Source of the DNA: Hyphomicrobiales bacterium
GTDB lineage: Bacteria; Pseudomonadota; Alphaproteobacteria; Rhizobiales; JAJFHB01
Assembly: GCA_021775625.1 (NCBI GenBank)
Contig: JAJFHM010000346.1
Location: 1-39,273, forward strand
DNA length: 39,273 nt
Reading direction: 5' to 3'
Position numbers and translations under genes: made by a program. Under the pieces are notes generated by a model that did no database searches, was not told where the DNA came from, and saw nothing but the letters and a program-made list of their open reading frames with translations. Within the stretch, counting starts at the first letter, position 1, and the number at the start of each line of letters is the position of its first letter. Shown here piece by piece: positions 18,390 to 28,015 of the stretch.

Positions 18390-19607
18390 CTACAATGAAG
18401 GATTGGCGAGCGGCAGGCCGACCTGCGCGCGCCCGTGGTCGGTCAGGTTCGCATCGAAGTTCTGCGTGACGTGGCGCGATGCCACCAGAATGTCGAGGAA
18501 AACCCGCCCTATGTCATTGCCCTTATAAACCGCGCGCGCGCCGGCCAAATCCCACAGGACCTTCGCGGCCTCAAAAGCACGCCGTCCGGCATAAGCCGCG
18601 TTCGAACGGTAATTGGTACGCTCGACATCGTCGGGCCGATAATTTTCATCGGCCGAACGTTCAGTGATGATGCGGCAATCTTCTCTGATGAGTGCCTCAG
18701 CCGCCTGCAGATTGGCTGCCGCCTCGGCAATCTTTATCTGCTGGGCCTGATAGCTGCCGCTCTCCGCGCCCGACATAATGGTGACACTCTTGCGGGTCTG
18801 CGCCAGATATTCGTCCAGCATGTATCGAGCCATGCCGATGACCGAGGCGGTGAGCAAAATGCCGAACGTCATGTAGACCGGGGGCCGGAACACTGCGCCC
18901 GGATTACTGGCCCGCCCGGCAAAATCGCCGCCCCTGAAATCGTCAACGGTGACCACCCGGTGGTCGGGCACAACGAGATCGTGCACCTGAACATCGTGGC
19001 TGCCGGATCCCTTGAGCCCAATGCCGTGCCAGGTGTCCAGTATCTCAACTTGCCCGGCGGGAATGAGGAAATAGGTTTCAGTCGGCGCACCGCCATCCGG
19101 CTCCTCGGTCATGCCCGACAATATGACCCAGTCGGCGCCGGGGACGCCGGTGACGAACGGCCAGCGCCCGGTCAGGCTGACGCCGCCATCGACCCGTTTC
19201 GCCTTGCCGATGCGGGGGATGAGGATGCCTGACACCAAGGCATCCGGCTGGTGGCTCCAAACGTCGTCCTGGGCTTGCTCCGGCCAGCGGGCGATCATGT
19301 AATTGTGCATGATGTACTGAGCCAGCACCCAGCTGGTGGAGCCGCAGCCGATGCCGGCCGGCACCAGTATGTCCACCATGGAATGAAGCGGCGCCTCAAG
19401 CCCTCCGTAACGGGCCGGTTGCAGGACACGGGCGATGCCGGTCCGGCGGATGTCAGCACAGGTCGCATCCGGCAGGCAGCGCAGATCATCGGCCTCCGGA
19501 ATCCGCTGGCGCAGGATCGGGATCAGATCATGGGCGTGTCGCACCACCGCTTCATAGTTTTCCGCTGCCGGCATATCGCTTCCGGTCCTTGCTGAGGCCT
19601 CGCTCAT
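18390..19607 (-). CDS. Acyl-CoA dehydrogenase-fold flavin-dependent monooxygenase (group D, HsaA-like oxygenase component)
   Basis: QPARYGG, CGSTSW, GRWPFVTG, DTWHGIGLKGSGSHD, C-terminal RH. Confidence 0.85.
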   Translation of the reverse strand: MSEASARTGSDMPAAENYEAVVRHAHDLIPILRQRIPEADDLRCLPDATCADIRRTGIARVLQPARYGGLEAPLHSMVDILVPAGIGCGSTSWVLAQYIMHNYMIARWPEQAQDDVWSHQPDALVSGILIPRIGKAKRVDGGVSLTGRWPFVTGVPGADWVILSGMTEEPDGGAPTETYFLIPAGQVEILDTWHGIGLKGSGSHDVQVHDLVVPDHRVVTVDDFRGGDFAGRASNPGAVFRPPVYMTFGILLTASVIGMARYMLDEYLAQTRKSVTIMSGAESGSYQAQQIKIAEAAANLQAAEALIREDCRIITERSADENYRPDDVERTNYRSNAAYAGRRAFEAAKVLWDLAGARAVYKGNDIGRVFLDILVASRHVTQNFDANLTDHGRAQVGLPLANPSL

Positions 19608-19675
19608 GACTTCCTCCGCTTAATTTCGATGCGTCCGCGCTCTAAATTTGACTAACCAGATCCGTTTTGCAATAT

Positions 19676-19689
19676 TTATCGAATGATAA
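19676..19689. promoter_or_regulatory. Third TTATC-N4-GATAA palindrome, in the monooxygenase/cupin divergent promoter
   Basis: TTATCGAATGATAA just upstream of the cupin RBS (GAGGA 19695-19699). Confidence 0.6.
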
Positions 19690-19706
19690 TTTACGAGGAC
19701 CCCGTC

Positions 19707-20135
19707 ATGGATGCACCAGTCGAAGACCCAAACTGGCCGCACGATGTTCGCGACGAATTTGCGCGCAACCAGCAAAACGGTGTTATCGGCAGCACTCTGG
19801 TTTCGGAGAGTTCGCGCGTGCGCGTCTGGCACATCCGGCTGAAGCCGGGTGAACGCATGCCGTTTCATCGTCACGCCCTGGATTATTTCTGGACCGCGAT
19901 GGCCAAGGGCCGCTCGCTTTCCCATCAACAAGACGGAACCACGGCCGAACATGATTATGAAATCGGCGAGACGTTTCACGGCAATTTTGCAGTCGATGAG
20001 TATCTCTATCACGACCTGGAAAATATCGGCGACACGGATCTGATATTCACCACCGTGGAGTTCCTCAACAGCGCCAACGGGGCCATTGCCGTGCCCGACG
20101 AGGTCCGCTTGAATTCCGCAAGAACGGCCGCTTAG
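19707..20135 (+). CDS. Cupin domain protein
   Basis: RVRVWHIRLKPGERMPFHRH...HDLENIGDTDLIFTTVEF. Start at ATG 19707 after GAGGA. Confidence 0.8.
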   Translation: MDAPVEDPNWPHDVRDEFARNQQNGVIGSTLVSESSRVRVWHIRLKPGERMPFHRHALDYFWTAMAKGRSLSHQQDGTTAEHDYEIGETFHGNFAVDEYLYHDLENIGDTDLIFTTVEFLNSANGAIAVPDEVRLNSARTAA

Positions 20136-20304
20136 TCGAACAAAAATCATAGTGATGCTCCGCGTCTGCTGCGATTGGAGCGGGGCACTTTCGATCATAC
20201 GGGCTTATTTGATGGCGGCGCCACAGTGTGGGGCCATGCTCGTCATCGCGCTCTAACAGTGATCCGCTTCAACCATTCCAACCGCGTAACTGGAGACCGC
20301 AGAC

Positions 20305-20655
20305 ATGCAGATTGAACGTCATCTTTCAGGTCCGAGAATGAGTAAGGCCGTGGCACATGCCGGCACGGTTTATGTTTCCGGGCAAATGGCGGTTGCGAAA
20401 CGCGGCGCATCCATCACCGAGCAAACTGAGGAAATTCTGGGTCTTCTCGAAAGCTACCTGGCGGAGGCCGGCAGCAACAAAACCAAATTGTTGATGGTGA
20501 ACATTTGGCTGGCGGACATCGCAGACTTTGACGAAATGAACCGGGTGTGGGATAGCTGGGTGTCACCCAAACACTTGCCCGCGCGCGCCACGGTGGAAGC
20601 GAAGCTCAACAGCCCCGACTGCGGTGTCGAGATTGCGGCAATCGCTGCGCAGTGA
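20305..20655 (+). CDS. Rid family protein (YoaB/Rid2-like)
   Basis: RMSKAV, VYVSGQ, FDEMNRVWDSWV, PARATVEA, VEIAAIAA. Confidence 0.9.
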   Translation: MQIERHLSGPRMSKAVAHAGTVYVSGQMAVAKRGASITEQTEEILGLLESYLAEAGSNKTKLLMVNIWLADIADFDEMNRVWDSWVSPKHLPARATVEAKLNSPDCGVEIAAIAAQ

Positions 20656-20802
20656 GATTGGCGCCCCACACCGCGGCGAGCCACGCGGACGGAATCGATG
20701 GAAACGGCGATTTCACGCAAAAGTTGTTAACACTTTGGCCGCAAGCAGGTTGCAACGACCGCTAGTATTTGCCACACATGCCGCACCGACATTAGGGAAC
20801 AC

Positions 20803-21504
20803 ATGATTGAAAGAGCCACAAATAAGACGACAGCAGTGTCGCTGAACGAGCGGGACGCGCCTGCGGGTCCCGACCGCAAGCGAAGCCGCCGACTGTCGCC
20901 AGAACAGCGCGCTCAGGATATCATTGAAAAAGCCATTGAAATGTTTGCCGATGTCGGATTTGACGGCAGCACGCGGGAACTGGCCAGCCGTCTCGGCATT
21001 ACGCAGCCACTGCTCTATCGCTACTTTCCGACCAAAGAGCACCTGATTCGCGAAGTCTATCACACGGTTTACCTGAACCGGTGGAGACCGGAGTGGGAGG
21101 CTTTGCTTGCGGACCGCTCTCGCCCGTTGCGCGAACGACTGCAGGAATTTTACCGAGACTATACCGACGCTATTTTCAGCCGCGAGTGGATCAGGATCTA
21201 CCTGTTCTCCGGCCTTCGCGGATTCGATATCAACAAATGGTACGTCAAACTCGTCGAAGAACGCATATTGAAGCGCATATGCGTCGAGTACCGGCACGAA
21301 CTTGGGTGCAGGGCGCGAAAGAAGGACGTGGCCGAGTTGGAACTGGAAGCGTCCTGGACGCTGCACGGCGGTATTTTCTATTACGGTGTCCGCAAACACA
21401 TTTACGGATTGCCGGTGGCCAAAAATAAAGACGACATGATCAACAATGCATTGGAAGTGTTCTTCGTCGGCAGTGAGAAAATTTTCCGCAACGCTGATAG
21501 TTAG
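20803..21504 (+). CDS. TetR/AcrR family transcriptional regulator
   Basis: N-terminal HTH: FADVGFDGSTRELASRLGITQPLLYRYFPTKEHL. Confidence 0.93.
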   Translation: MIERATNKTTAVSLNERDAPAGPDRKRSRRLSPEQRAQDIIEKAIEMFADVGFDGSTRELASRLGITQPLLYRYFPTKEHLIREVYHTVYLNRWRPEWEALLADRSRPLRERLQEFYRDYTDAIFSREWIRIYLFSGLRGFDINKWYVKLVEERILKRICVEYRHELGCRARKKDVAELELEASWTLHGGIFYYGVRKHIYGLPVAKNKDDMINNALEVFFVGSEKIFRNADS

Positions 21505-21539
21505 ATCGCTTCACGTTCATATGGAAACGTGAAGCGGTC
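21504..21539. terminator. Hairpin between convergent tetR and VOC genes (probable bidirectional terminator)
   Basis: GATCGCTTCACGTT (21504-21517) pairs with AACGTGAAGCGGTC (21526-21539). Confidence 0.6.
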
Positions 21540-21556
21540 CAGAACAAAGGATCCGG

Positions 21557-21946
21557 CTACAGACCGGCCGCATCCGCTTCATCGGGCGCGAAATCAATGT
21601 GAATGTGGTTGGCGTCGCAATCGAACACGTTGATCTGCAGGATCCCGAAACCGGGAACGCGCACTGCTTCGTATTGAATTCCGGCTTTCTCGAGCCGGGC
21701 GACAAAATCCGCAAGCCCGGTCGCTGAGAGCGCGAAGTGCTCGATCTTCGGTTCGATCGAATCAGGCTCGTTTTCGACGCCAACCATGTGCACGACCGCC
21801 TGCTCTCCAACATACAACCATGCTCCCGGGAACGGAAACGGTGGCCGGGGTCCGTTTTCCATTCCGAGAATTGTGCAGTACCAATCCACCATGCCATCGA
21901 GGTTGGAGGTTCGCAGGTTCACGTGATCCAGGCTTTTCAATTGCAT
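21557..21946 (-). CDS. VOC/glyoxalase family protein
   Basis: LDHVNLRT, RPPFPFPGAWLY, IEHFAL, NHIHIDF; GGAGG RBS. Confidence 0.88.
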   Translation of the reverse strand: MQLKSLDHVNLRTSNLDGMVDWYCTILGMENGPRPPFPFPGAWLYVGEQAVVHMVGVENEPDSIEPKIEHFALSATGLADFVARLEKAGIQYEAVRVPGFGILQINVFDCDANHIHIDFAPDEADAAGL

Positions 21947-21959
21947 CTGTATACCTCCG

Positions 21960-22397
21960 TCAAGTTAGGGTCTGTTTGTATCGTGCATAGACGATACAGC
22001 CGATACCGGCCCCGACAAGCAAAAGACCGGCGAACTGCCATGGGCTGATCTGCTCCTTGTAAACCAGCCAACCGACAATTGTAGCAAGAGCAATTGAACC
22101 CCCGTAGACCAGCGGCGTCACGAACCCGACATTTCCCCCGATGCTGAAGGCGCGGGACAAAGCCATGATGAAAATAGCCACGCCGATGCCGGCGACGAGC
22201 GCCCACACGATACCCTTGGCGTTGTTTTCGCCCGCAAATGTGGCACCGGAATAAAGGAACAGGCCAAGCGGCACGAACGTTCCCAAGGCATTGACAATGG
22301 CTGCCACCAGATTTGAATCGGCGAACAGCGCGGCGCGGCTTATACCCACCAAGAACACGGCGTAGGCAACTGTGGCCAACAGAACGAGCCAATACAT
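21960..22397 (-). CDS. Small DMT/EamA-like membrane transporter
   Basis: About five hydrophobic segments; YKEQISPWQFAGLLLVGAG C-terminal pattern. Start at ATG 22397 after GAGGGGAG. Confidence 0.75.
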   Translation of the reverse strand: MYWLVLLATVAYAVFLVGISRAALFADSNLVAAIVNALGTFVPLGLFLYSGATFAGENNAKGIVWALVAGIGVAIFIMALSRAFSIGGNVGFVTPLVYGGSIALATIVGWLVYKEQISPWQFAGLLLVGAGIGCIVYARYKQTLT

Positions 22398-22481
22398 GAA
22401 ATCTCCCCTCAAGTGCCCTCAAATGATTTATCCAGGTCTATCAATGGTATCTCGAATTCGGACGCATCCAGCCCGGGCTTG

Positions 22482-23150
22482 TCAACGGCCAATCAAAAAG
22501 CTTCTGCACCCGGCAAGTGTGCGCCGTTGTTTGAAATCGATGACGTTGTCGGCCGGATTCTGAAGCGCATTGACGGCGCGCACATACAGCGGCAACGCGT
22601 GAGAATAGGCGTCATAGGGGCGCATCCGCGCCACCATCCAGTCAAGCTTGGCGCGGGCATCGGTGGCAGAATATTTGCCGGTTTGCACCCATTCATTCAC
22701 CAGCCAGTCCAATGACTCAAGGAACGACAGGGAGTCCGCGGCCTGCAGAATGTCCTCCTCTGGATTGCCTCCGATTTCGTGACGCAATATGAGGCTGCGG
22801 ACCTGGAGAATGAACGCCTCATCAGCCTTGTTGCCATCGCGAAGCCACTCCTCGACAACATCGGCGGAGCGCACCGAGTGGGCAAACAGGTAATCGGCAT
22901 CATCGAAACGATCCGGAGTACTGGTCGGACCCCCGGGGAAAAACCGTTCTGCGTCATGGACCAACGCGGCAAACTTCAATGCGTCCCCGGCTTTGCCCGA
23001 AATCTTCATCGCCCAGGCCCTGGTGCACAGCAGATGCTCAAGCTGATAAAACCCATCAAGCCAGTCAACTGCCGCCAACTCCAGGCTACTGAAAGTGGCA
23101 TCGGCGTAGCGGCCGGCAAGCTCGTCAGCCATAGTCGTATCGTCATCCAT
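22482..23150 (-). CDS. HD-domain (DUF4202-like) metal-dependent phosphohydrolase
   Basis: EH...AALVHDAER...AHS...RHEIGG...LQAADSLSFLE; start overlaps the Mo-subunit stop by 8 bp. Confidence 0.75.
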   Translation of the reverse strand: MDDDTTMADELAGRYADATFSSLELAAVDWLDGFYQLEHLLCTRAWAMKISGKAGDALKFAALVHDAERFFPGGPTSTPDRFDDADYLFAHSVRSADVVEEWLRDGNKADEAFILQVRSLILRHEIGGNPEEDILQAADSLSFLESLDWLVNEWVQTGKYSATDARAKLDWMVARMRPYDAYSHALPLYVRAVNALQNPADNVIDFKQRRTLAGCRSFLIGR

Positions 23151-26061
23151 CTGGGCTGGCCGGCATCGTGGTTGTCAGATGTTTGCCGTGCAGTGCGCGC
23201 CAGACAGTTTCCGGTGTTATCGGCAGCTCAGAAATCTCGACGCCGAAATCGCTCAGCGCGTCGCAAATGGCATTTGCGACCGCAGCGGCCGGTGGGATCG
23301 TGCCCACTTCGCCAACGCCGCGCACTCCAAACGTGGTCGTTGGCGACGGCTCCTCGGTGTGCAACAGCTCAATGGGCGGAACATCGGCAGCCATCGGCGC
23401 GAAATAGTCCATCATCGTACCGTTTATCAATTGCCCGGTTTCCGGGTCGTATCGCAGCTCTTCGTTCAGTGCAGCGCCCAGTCCCTGCACGACAGCACCG
23501 CGCACCTGCCCTTCCACAAGCAGCGGATTAATCTGCGTGCCGCAATCATGCACCATGATGAACCGCTCAACCGAAAATTCCCCGCTCTCGGCATCGACCG
23601 AAACGACCGCGGCCGCCGTGCCGAATGAAAACGCGGCCTCCGCAGGCTCGAAACTGGCAGAGGCTTCCAGCCCCGGGCTATCGCCTGCCGGTATCCCCTG
23701 CCCCAGTATGGCGCCGCTGAACACTCTCGACAGTGGCACTTGCCGTTCATGGTCGGATATGTGCCGGACCACCCGGCCATCGACAACAATTTCTTCGACG
23801 GGCGCCTCCAGAATGGCCGCACCCAAACGCAATGTCTTTGAGAGAAACTCTTCGCCCGCCTGCTTGATCGCGCCAGAGGCGGCAATTATCGTGCGGGAAG
23901 CAAAGGCGCCTGTGTTGAGCGGCGACGCAGCCGTATCGCCGGCATGGACATGGATGCAGTCAAAATCCACACCGAGCACATCGGCGCAGACTTGCGCAAA
24001 GGCGGTTTCGCTGCTCTGGCCAAACGTTGAAACACCTGTGTAAAGATCAACTCCGCCCGTCCTGTTGGCCCGCAAGGTAACGCTCTCGTGGGCGCCATAT
24101 TGCGAGCCCCGATGCGCCAGAAAACGGGCACTGGCGTAGCCTGTGCGTTCCACAAATGAGGCTAAACCGATACCTGCAAATCGCCCGTCCGGCCGCTGTC
24201 GGTTCTCGTTCAATCGGTGCGCAGAATAATCCACCGCATCTGCAGCCATTTGCAGTGTTCTCAAGTAGTCACCGCTGTCATAAATCACACCACTTGGCGT
24301 GGTCCAGGGCAAATCCTCCGGCGCCAGCATATTCTGTTGCCGCAGCATCAGTGGGTCGGCGTTGAGTTTGCGTGCCAGGCGATCGATGAGCACTTCAAGC
24401 GCGAAATTCACTTCCGGCTGCCCATAGCCGCGATAGGCTCCGATAGGCGTTCTGTTCGTCAACGCAACACTGCGTTCGACCGAGCCGTCGGCAACCTTGT
24501 ATGGGCCGGCGAACACCACGCTCGATAATTGCGCGGAACCAAACGAGGAGTTCCAACCACCGAGGTCGGTAGTGTACTTGTTCTTCAGAGCGACGATCCG
24601 GCCGTCATTTCGGGCACCAATCGTATAGTGATGCACCGCTCCTCGTCCGTGGGTGCTGGCGCGAAAAAACTCCAATCCGTCTTCGATCCATTTTACCGGA
24701 CGACGGGTGGCCATGGCGTGCAGGCAGGCCAGCACATCCTCGGGATAAACCCCAAGCTTCATCCCAAAGGCACCACCAACATCACTTGCGCTGACGCGGA
24801 TGCTCCCTTCATCCAGGCGTAAAGATTCCGCCAACTGCTTGCGGACCAGATGCGGCACCTGGGTTGACGAATGGACCATCAGGTCGCGGGCACCGGGACG
24901 CCAGGTAGCGATCACACCGCGCGGTTCCATGGGCAAAGGGCTGACGCGATTAACCCGAAACTGACCCGAGACCACGAGATCCGCATCGCTCAGCTGTTTC
25001 TCGGGGTCGCCACCGCGAACCTCACTGCGCGACAGAAGATTGGACGCCAGGACATCAGAATGCATCACCGGGGCGGTGTCTTCCAATGCGTCGAGCGGAT
25101 CGGACACATGTGGCAGGGGTTCGTACTCGATTTCGAGCAATTCGATCGCATCCTCGGCAGCTGCCCGGCTGCTTGCAGCAATGCTGACAACCGGCTGCCC
25201 CTCATAAGTCGCCCTTTCCTGCGCCAACGCATAGTAGGACAGCTTGGGGGCTCCAGGCACCGGGCGCAACACCGTCAACGGATCGCTGAGGTCGCGAACC
25301 TCGGCTCCGGTCAGTATGTGCTTGACGCCGGCCACTACTGCGGCCTTGCTGATATCGATCGACTTAATTCGGACGTGCGGAAACGGACAACGCGCAACGG
25401 CCATTTCGAGTTGAAGGGAGAATTGCACGTCGTCGACAAACTGGCCGTCGCCGCACAAGAGCCGGTCGTCTTCCTTGCGCGGCGGGCTCTGGCCGATGTA
25501 GCGATCGACTTTGCATCCGTCTTGAGCCTCCCGTGGGGGCAAGGGAACATGCACCGTCGCACTGTCGGCGGCGGAACCCTCAATGTCATCAGGGCAGCCG
25601 AGATACTCTTCGACGGCTCGCAATATGCCTTCGTACCCGGTGCATCGGCACAGCACGCCGCTAATTTCTTCGCGAATTGTTTGCCGCGACGGCGGTGGTG
25701 TCCGATCAGCAAGGCTCAGCGCCAGCATCAAAAAGCCCGATGTGCAGAAGCCGCACTGCACCGCATGATGTTTTTTGAACAGGCTTTGCAACCTGCTCAG
25801 TTGGTCGCCTTCGGCAAGAGATTCCACCGTGCGGACCACTGCGCCATCCAACTGAGCGGCCAACATGATGCACGACTTTATCGCTTGCCCGTCCACTAAA
25901 ACGGTGCACATGCCGCACACGCCCTGCTCACAGCCAACGTGAACGCCGGTCATGCCCTGACGATGACGCAGAAAATCCGCGGCGTGCATGCGAACAGGTA
26001 CGGTATCCTCGATTTCCGAACCGTTCAGCGTGACCATGATTTCGATCCGATTAGCCGTCAC
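23143..26061 (-). CDS. Molybdenum hydroxylase, fused [2Fe-2S] plus molybdopterin-binding subunit
   Basis: N-terminal GCEQGVCGMC..SC, QCGFC, CRCTGY; then RKEDDRLL, STQVPH, DVGGAFG, AYRGYGQPE, EGQVRG, RGVGE. Confidence 0.92.
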   Translation of the reverse strand: MTANRIEIMVTLNGSEIEDTVPVRMHAADFLRHRQGMTGVHVGCEQGVCGMCTVLVDGQAIKSCIMLAAQLDGAVVRTVESLAEGDQLSRLQSLFKKHHAVQCGFCTSGFLMLALSLADRTPPPSRQTIREEISGVLCRCTGYEGILRAVEEYLGCPDDIEGSAADSATVHVPLPPREAQDGCKVDRYIGQSPPRKEDDRLLCGDGQFVDDVQFSLQLEMAVARCPFPHVRIKSIDISKAAVVAGVKHILTGAEVRDLSDPLTVLRPVPGAPKLSYYALAQERATYEGQPVVSIAASSRAAAEDAIELLEIEYEPLPHVSDPLDALEDTAPVMHSDVLASNLLSRSEVRGGDPEKQLSDADLVVSGQFRVNRVSPLPMEPRGVIATWRPGARDLMVHSSTQVPHLVRKQLAESLRLDEGSIRVSASDVGGAFGMKLGVYPEDVLACLHAMATRRPVKWIEDGLEFFRASTHGRGAVHHYTIGARNDGRIVALKNKYTTDLGGWNSSFGSAQLSSVVFAGPYKVADGSVERSVALTNRTPIGAYRGYGQPEVNFALEVLIDRLARKLNADPLMLRQQNMLAPEDLPWTTPSGVIYDSGDYLRTLQMAADAVDYSAHRLNENRQRPDGRFAGIGLASFVERTGYASARFLAHRGSQYGAHESVTLRANRTGGVDLYTGVSTFGQSSETAFAQVCADVLGVDFDCIHVHAGDTAASPLNTGAFASRTIIAASGAIKQAGEEFLSKTLRLGAAILEAPVEEIVVDGRVVRHISDHERQVPLSRVFSGAILGQGIPAGDSPGLEASASFEPAEAAFSFGTAAAVVSVDAESGEFSVERFIMVHDCGTQINPLLVEGQVRGAVVQGLGAALNEELRYDPETGQLINGTMMDYFAPMAADVPPIELLHTEEPSPTTTFGVRGVGEVGTIPPAAAVANAICDALSDFGVEISELPITPETVWRALHGKHLTTTMPASPDG

Positions 26062-26131
26062 TGTCTCGCCTTATCGATTTCGAGCCGGACGACGATACGC
26101 CATCGATCCAGTCCCCCAGTCCGTTCACACT

Positions 26132-27157
26132 CTAAGAGGATGGCTGCATTTCCTTGACCACCACATCGCCGTCGATGACGATTGGCTCATCGTCGAGAAA
26201 AAGGCTGCAATCGCGCATTGGGATATCGAGGTGGCAGGCGGTGTCGTTGAGCCCGCCCAGCTCGTTGTTCGGACCGGTTGAGAACATCACATTCCCGTAA
26301 AAGGAACGCAGCTCCATCCCCATACCGCCGGGGAATTGCGTCAGTCCATGCCAATTGGCACGCTCGTCCAGCCCCCATCCAACATGCGACATGCCGTTGC
26401 CTCTGGGGTCTTTGAATGCGTCCATGTAGCTCTTGATCAGGTCGGCCTCGATCCCGCCGCGAATGTCTTGCACGAACCCTTTCTCGATCGTGTACGTCAC
26501 CGGCTCGCGCACATATGAGTTGAACGGCAAAAGCACATCGCCCATTCCGAGGACGATCTGCCCGTCAACACCATCATCGGCACCGCCGGTAAAGACGAAG
26601 CCTGCCGGCCAATGATCCCAGCGCCCCGGCTCATCCGTGTAGCCATATTCGCTAATGGTCGGATAGACGCCAAGTTTGTAAGTGATGTCGGTTCCGTGCG
26701 GGCTCGTAATCCGCATGTTTTTCGCCTTGGACAAAATTTCGGCACCCACCTCGACGCGTTCCCGGATCTCTTTTGACGGCATCAGCCTCGCCAATAGCGG
26801 CGCCGGTTCGACAGCGGTGAGAACACGCGCTCCGGCCGCCTGGATGGCCATTTGCTCAGGGCTGAACAAAAGGAATATGAGATCGACCACCATATCGGCC
26901 TGTTTGAGTGCCTCAACCGCTTCCGCGTTCTGGGCCAACTGCGAAATACCAACTTCCCAACTCCCCGATCCCGGCTGTGGTGTCGGCAGACGCATATGAT
27001 AAATCTTGGCGCCAAGTGTGCGGCCGGCATTCAAAAAGGCGTCGGCATAGTCCAGCCGCTCATCGCCCTGTGACAGCACGACGACACTCTCGCCTTCGTG
27101 AACTCCACTCATCTCGAGTTGAATTCGGCAAATTTCGTTGAGAGAATTTTGATCCAT
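26132..27157 (-). CDS. nicX: 2,5-dihydroxypyridine 5,6-dioxygenase
   Basis: LLFSPEQ, AVEP, EYGYTDEPGRWDHWPAGF, SHVGWG, FYGNVMFSTGPN, CHLDIP match NicX motifs including the His/His/Asp iron ligands. Confidence 0.88.
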   Translation of the reverse strand: MDQNSLNEICRIQLEMSGVHEGESVVVLSQGDERLDYADAFLNAGRTLGAKIYHMRLPTPQPGSGSWEVGISQLAQNAEAVEALKQADMVVDLIFLLFSPEQMAIQAAGARVLTAVEPAPLLARLMPSKEIRERVEVGAEILSKAKNMRITSPHGTDITYKLGVYPTISEYGYTDEPGRWDHWPAGFVFTGGADDGVDGQIVLGMGDVLLPFNSYVREPVTYTIEKGFVQDIRGGIEADLIKSYMDAFKDPRGNGMSHVGWGLDERANWHGLTQFPGGMGMELRSFYGNVMFSTGPNNELGGLNDTACHLDIPMRDCSLFLDDEPIVIDGDVVVKEMQPSS

Positions 27158-27190
27158 GATGCATATCTCCTTTAACGCGTCCTTTGGGTT

Positions 27191-28015
27191 CTACGACTTG
27201 CGGACACCCGGTAGCAGCGGAGCCAGGACGTCGAAAAATCCTTCGAAATTGTCCCACGGCACCATATGGCCGGCGCCGGGTACCGACAGAATTGGAATTG
27301 CCGGATTGGCCGCCGCTAAATCCGCTGCAGCCTGGGCAGGAACGACAGGGCTGTCCGCGCCGCGCACAAGTGTCGCCGGGGGTGCGATCTGCGTCCAGTA
27401 TTCGAAAAAGTCCTCGGTCTGAAACCCCTCATGGGTTTCCACAACCGCCGTTTCATCACAGGTGGCCAAAATATCGGCGCGCAGTTGCAACTCGCGCTCC
27501 GGCCATTTGGGGTAAAAGCGCCGCACCTGCTCCACCGTGGTTCCCTGCTGGGCTTCATGCAACTGCGTCAGAAAGGCCTCGCGGTTCGTGGGGTAAGGTC
27601 CACGCCCGGGCCCTGAAACGGGCGGATCGACCAAAATCAGGTGGCCATGCCCGTGCAGCGCAAATCCGACCGCATAGGCGGCCGCGATCCGCGCACCAAG
27701 TGAATGGCCGATAATCGTGGGAGCCCCCAGTTCGAGCGCCGAAACAATCCCGTCGACGTCCGCGGCATAATCGGCGAGCCGGTAGTTTCCCGACGCAGCC
27801 ACGGTCGTCTTCCCCCTTCCCCGCAAATCTGGAACCACGACCCTGAAGCCCATGTCCGACAAGGCTACAGCGATGAAATCTGCCGTTGCCGCCGGGCTGG
27901 TGATCCCCGGCAAGATCAAAATGGTGCCCCGTCGAGCATCACCATATTCCAGAAGATGATGGCTCAGACCGTTGGCCTGGATGGTGTGGGAACGTCCCGA
28001 AACGGCTATGCTCAC
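27191..28015 (-). CDS. nicD: N-formylmaleamate deformylase (alpha/beta hydrolase)
   Basis: PGITSPA, DLRGRG, GHSLG, DPPVSGPGRGPYP, AGHMVPWD; adjacent to nicX. Confidence 0.85.
   Translation of the reverse strand: MSIAVSGRSHTIQANGLSHHLLEYGDARRGTILILPGITSPAATADFIAVALSDMGFRVVVPDLRGRGKTTVAASGNYRLADYAADVDGIVSALELGAPTIIGHSLGARIAAAYAVGFALHGHGHLILVDPPVSGPGRGPYPTNREAFLTQLHEAQQGTTVEQVRRFYPKWPERELQLRADILATCDETAVVETHEGFQTEDFFEYWTQIAPPATLVRGADSPVVPAQAAADLAAANPAIPILSVPGAGHMVPWDNFEGFFDVLAPLLPGVRKS

Noticed and set aside
22422-22446. A fourth TTATC-N4-GATAA site upstream of the EamA-like gene
   Set aside because: Only one half-site (TTTATC) matches and the spacing differs.
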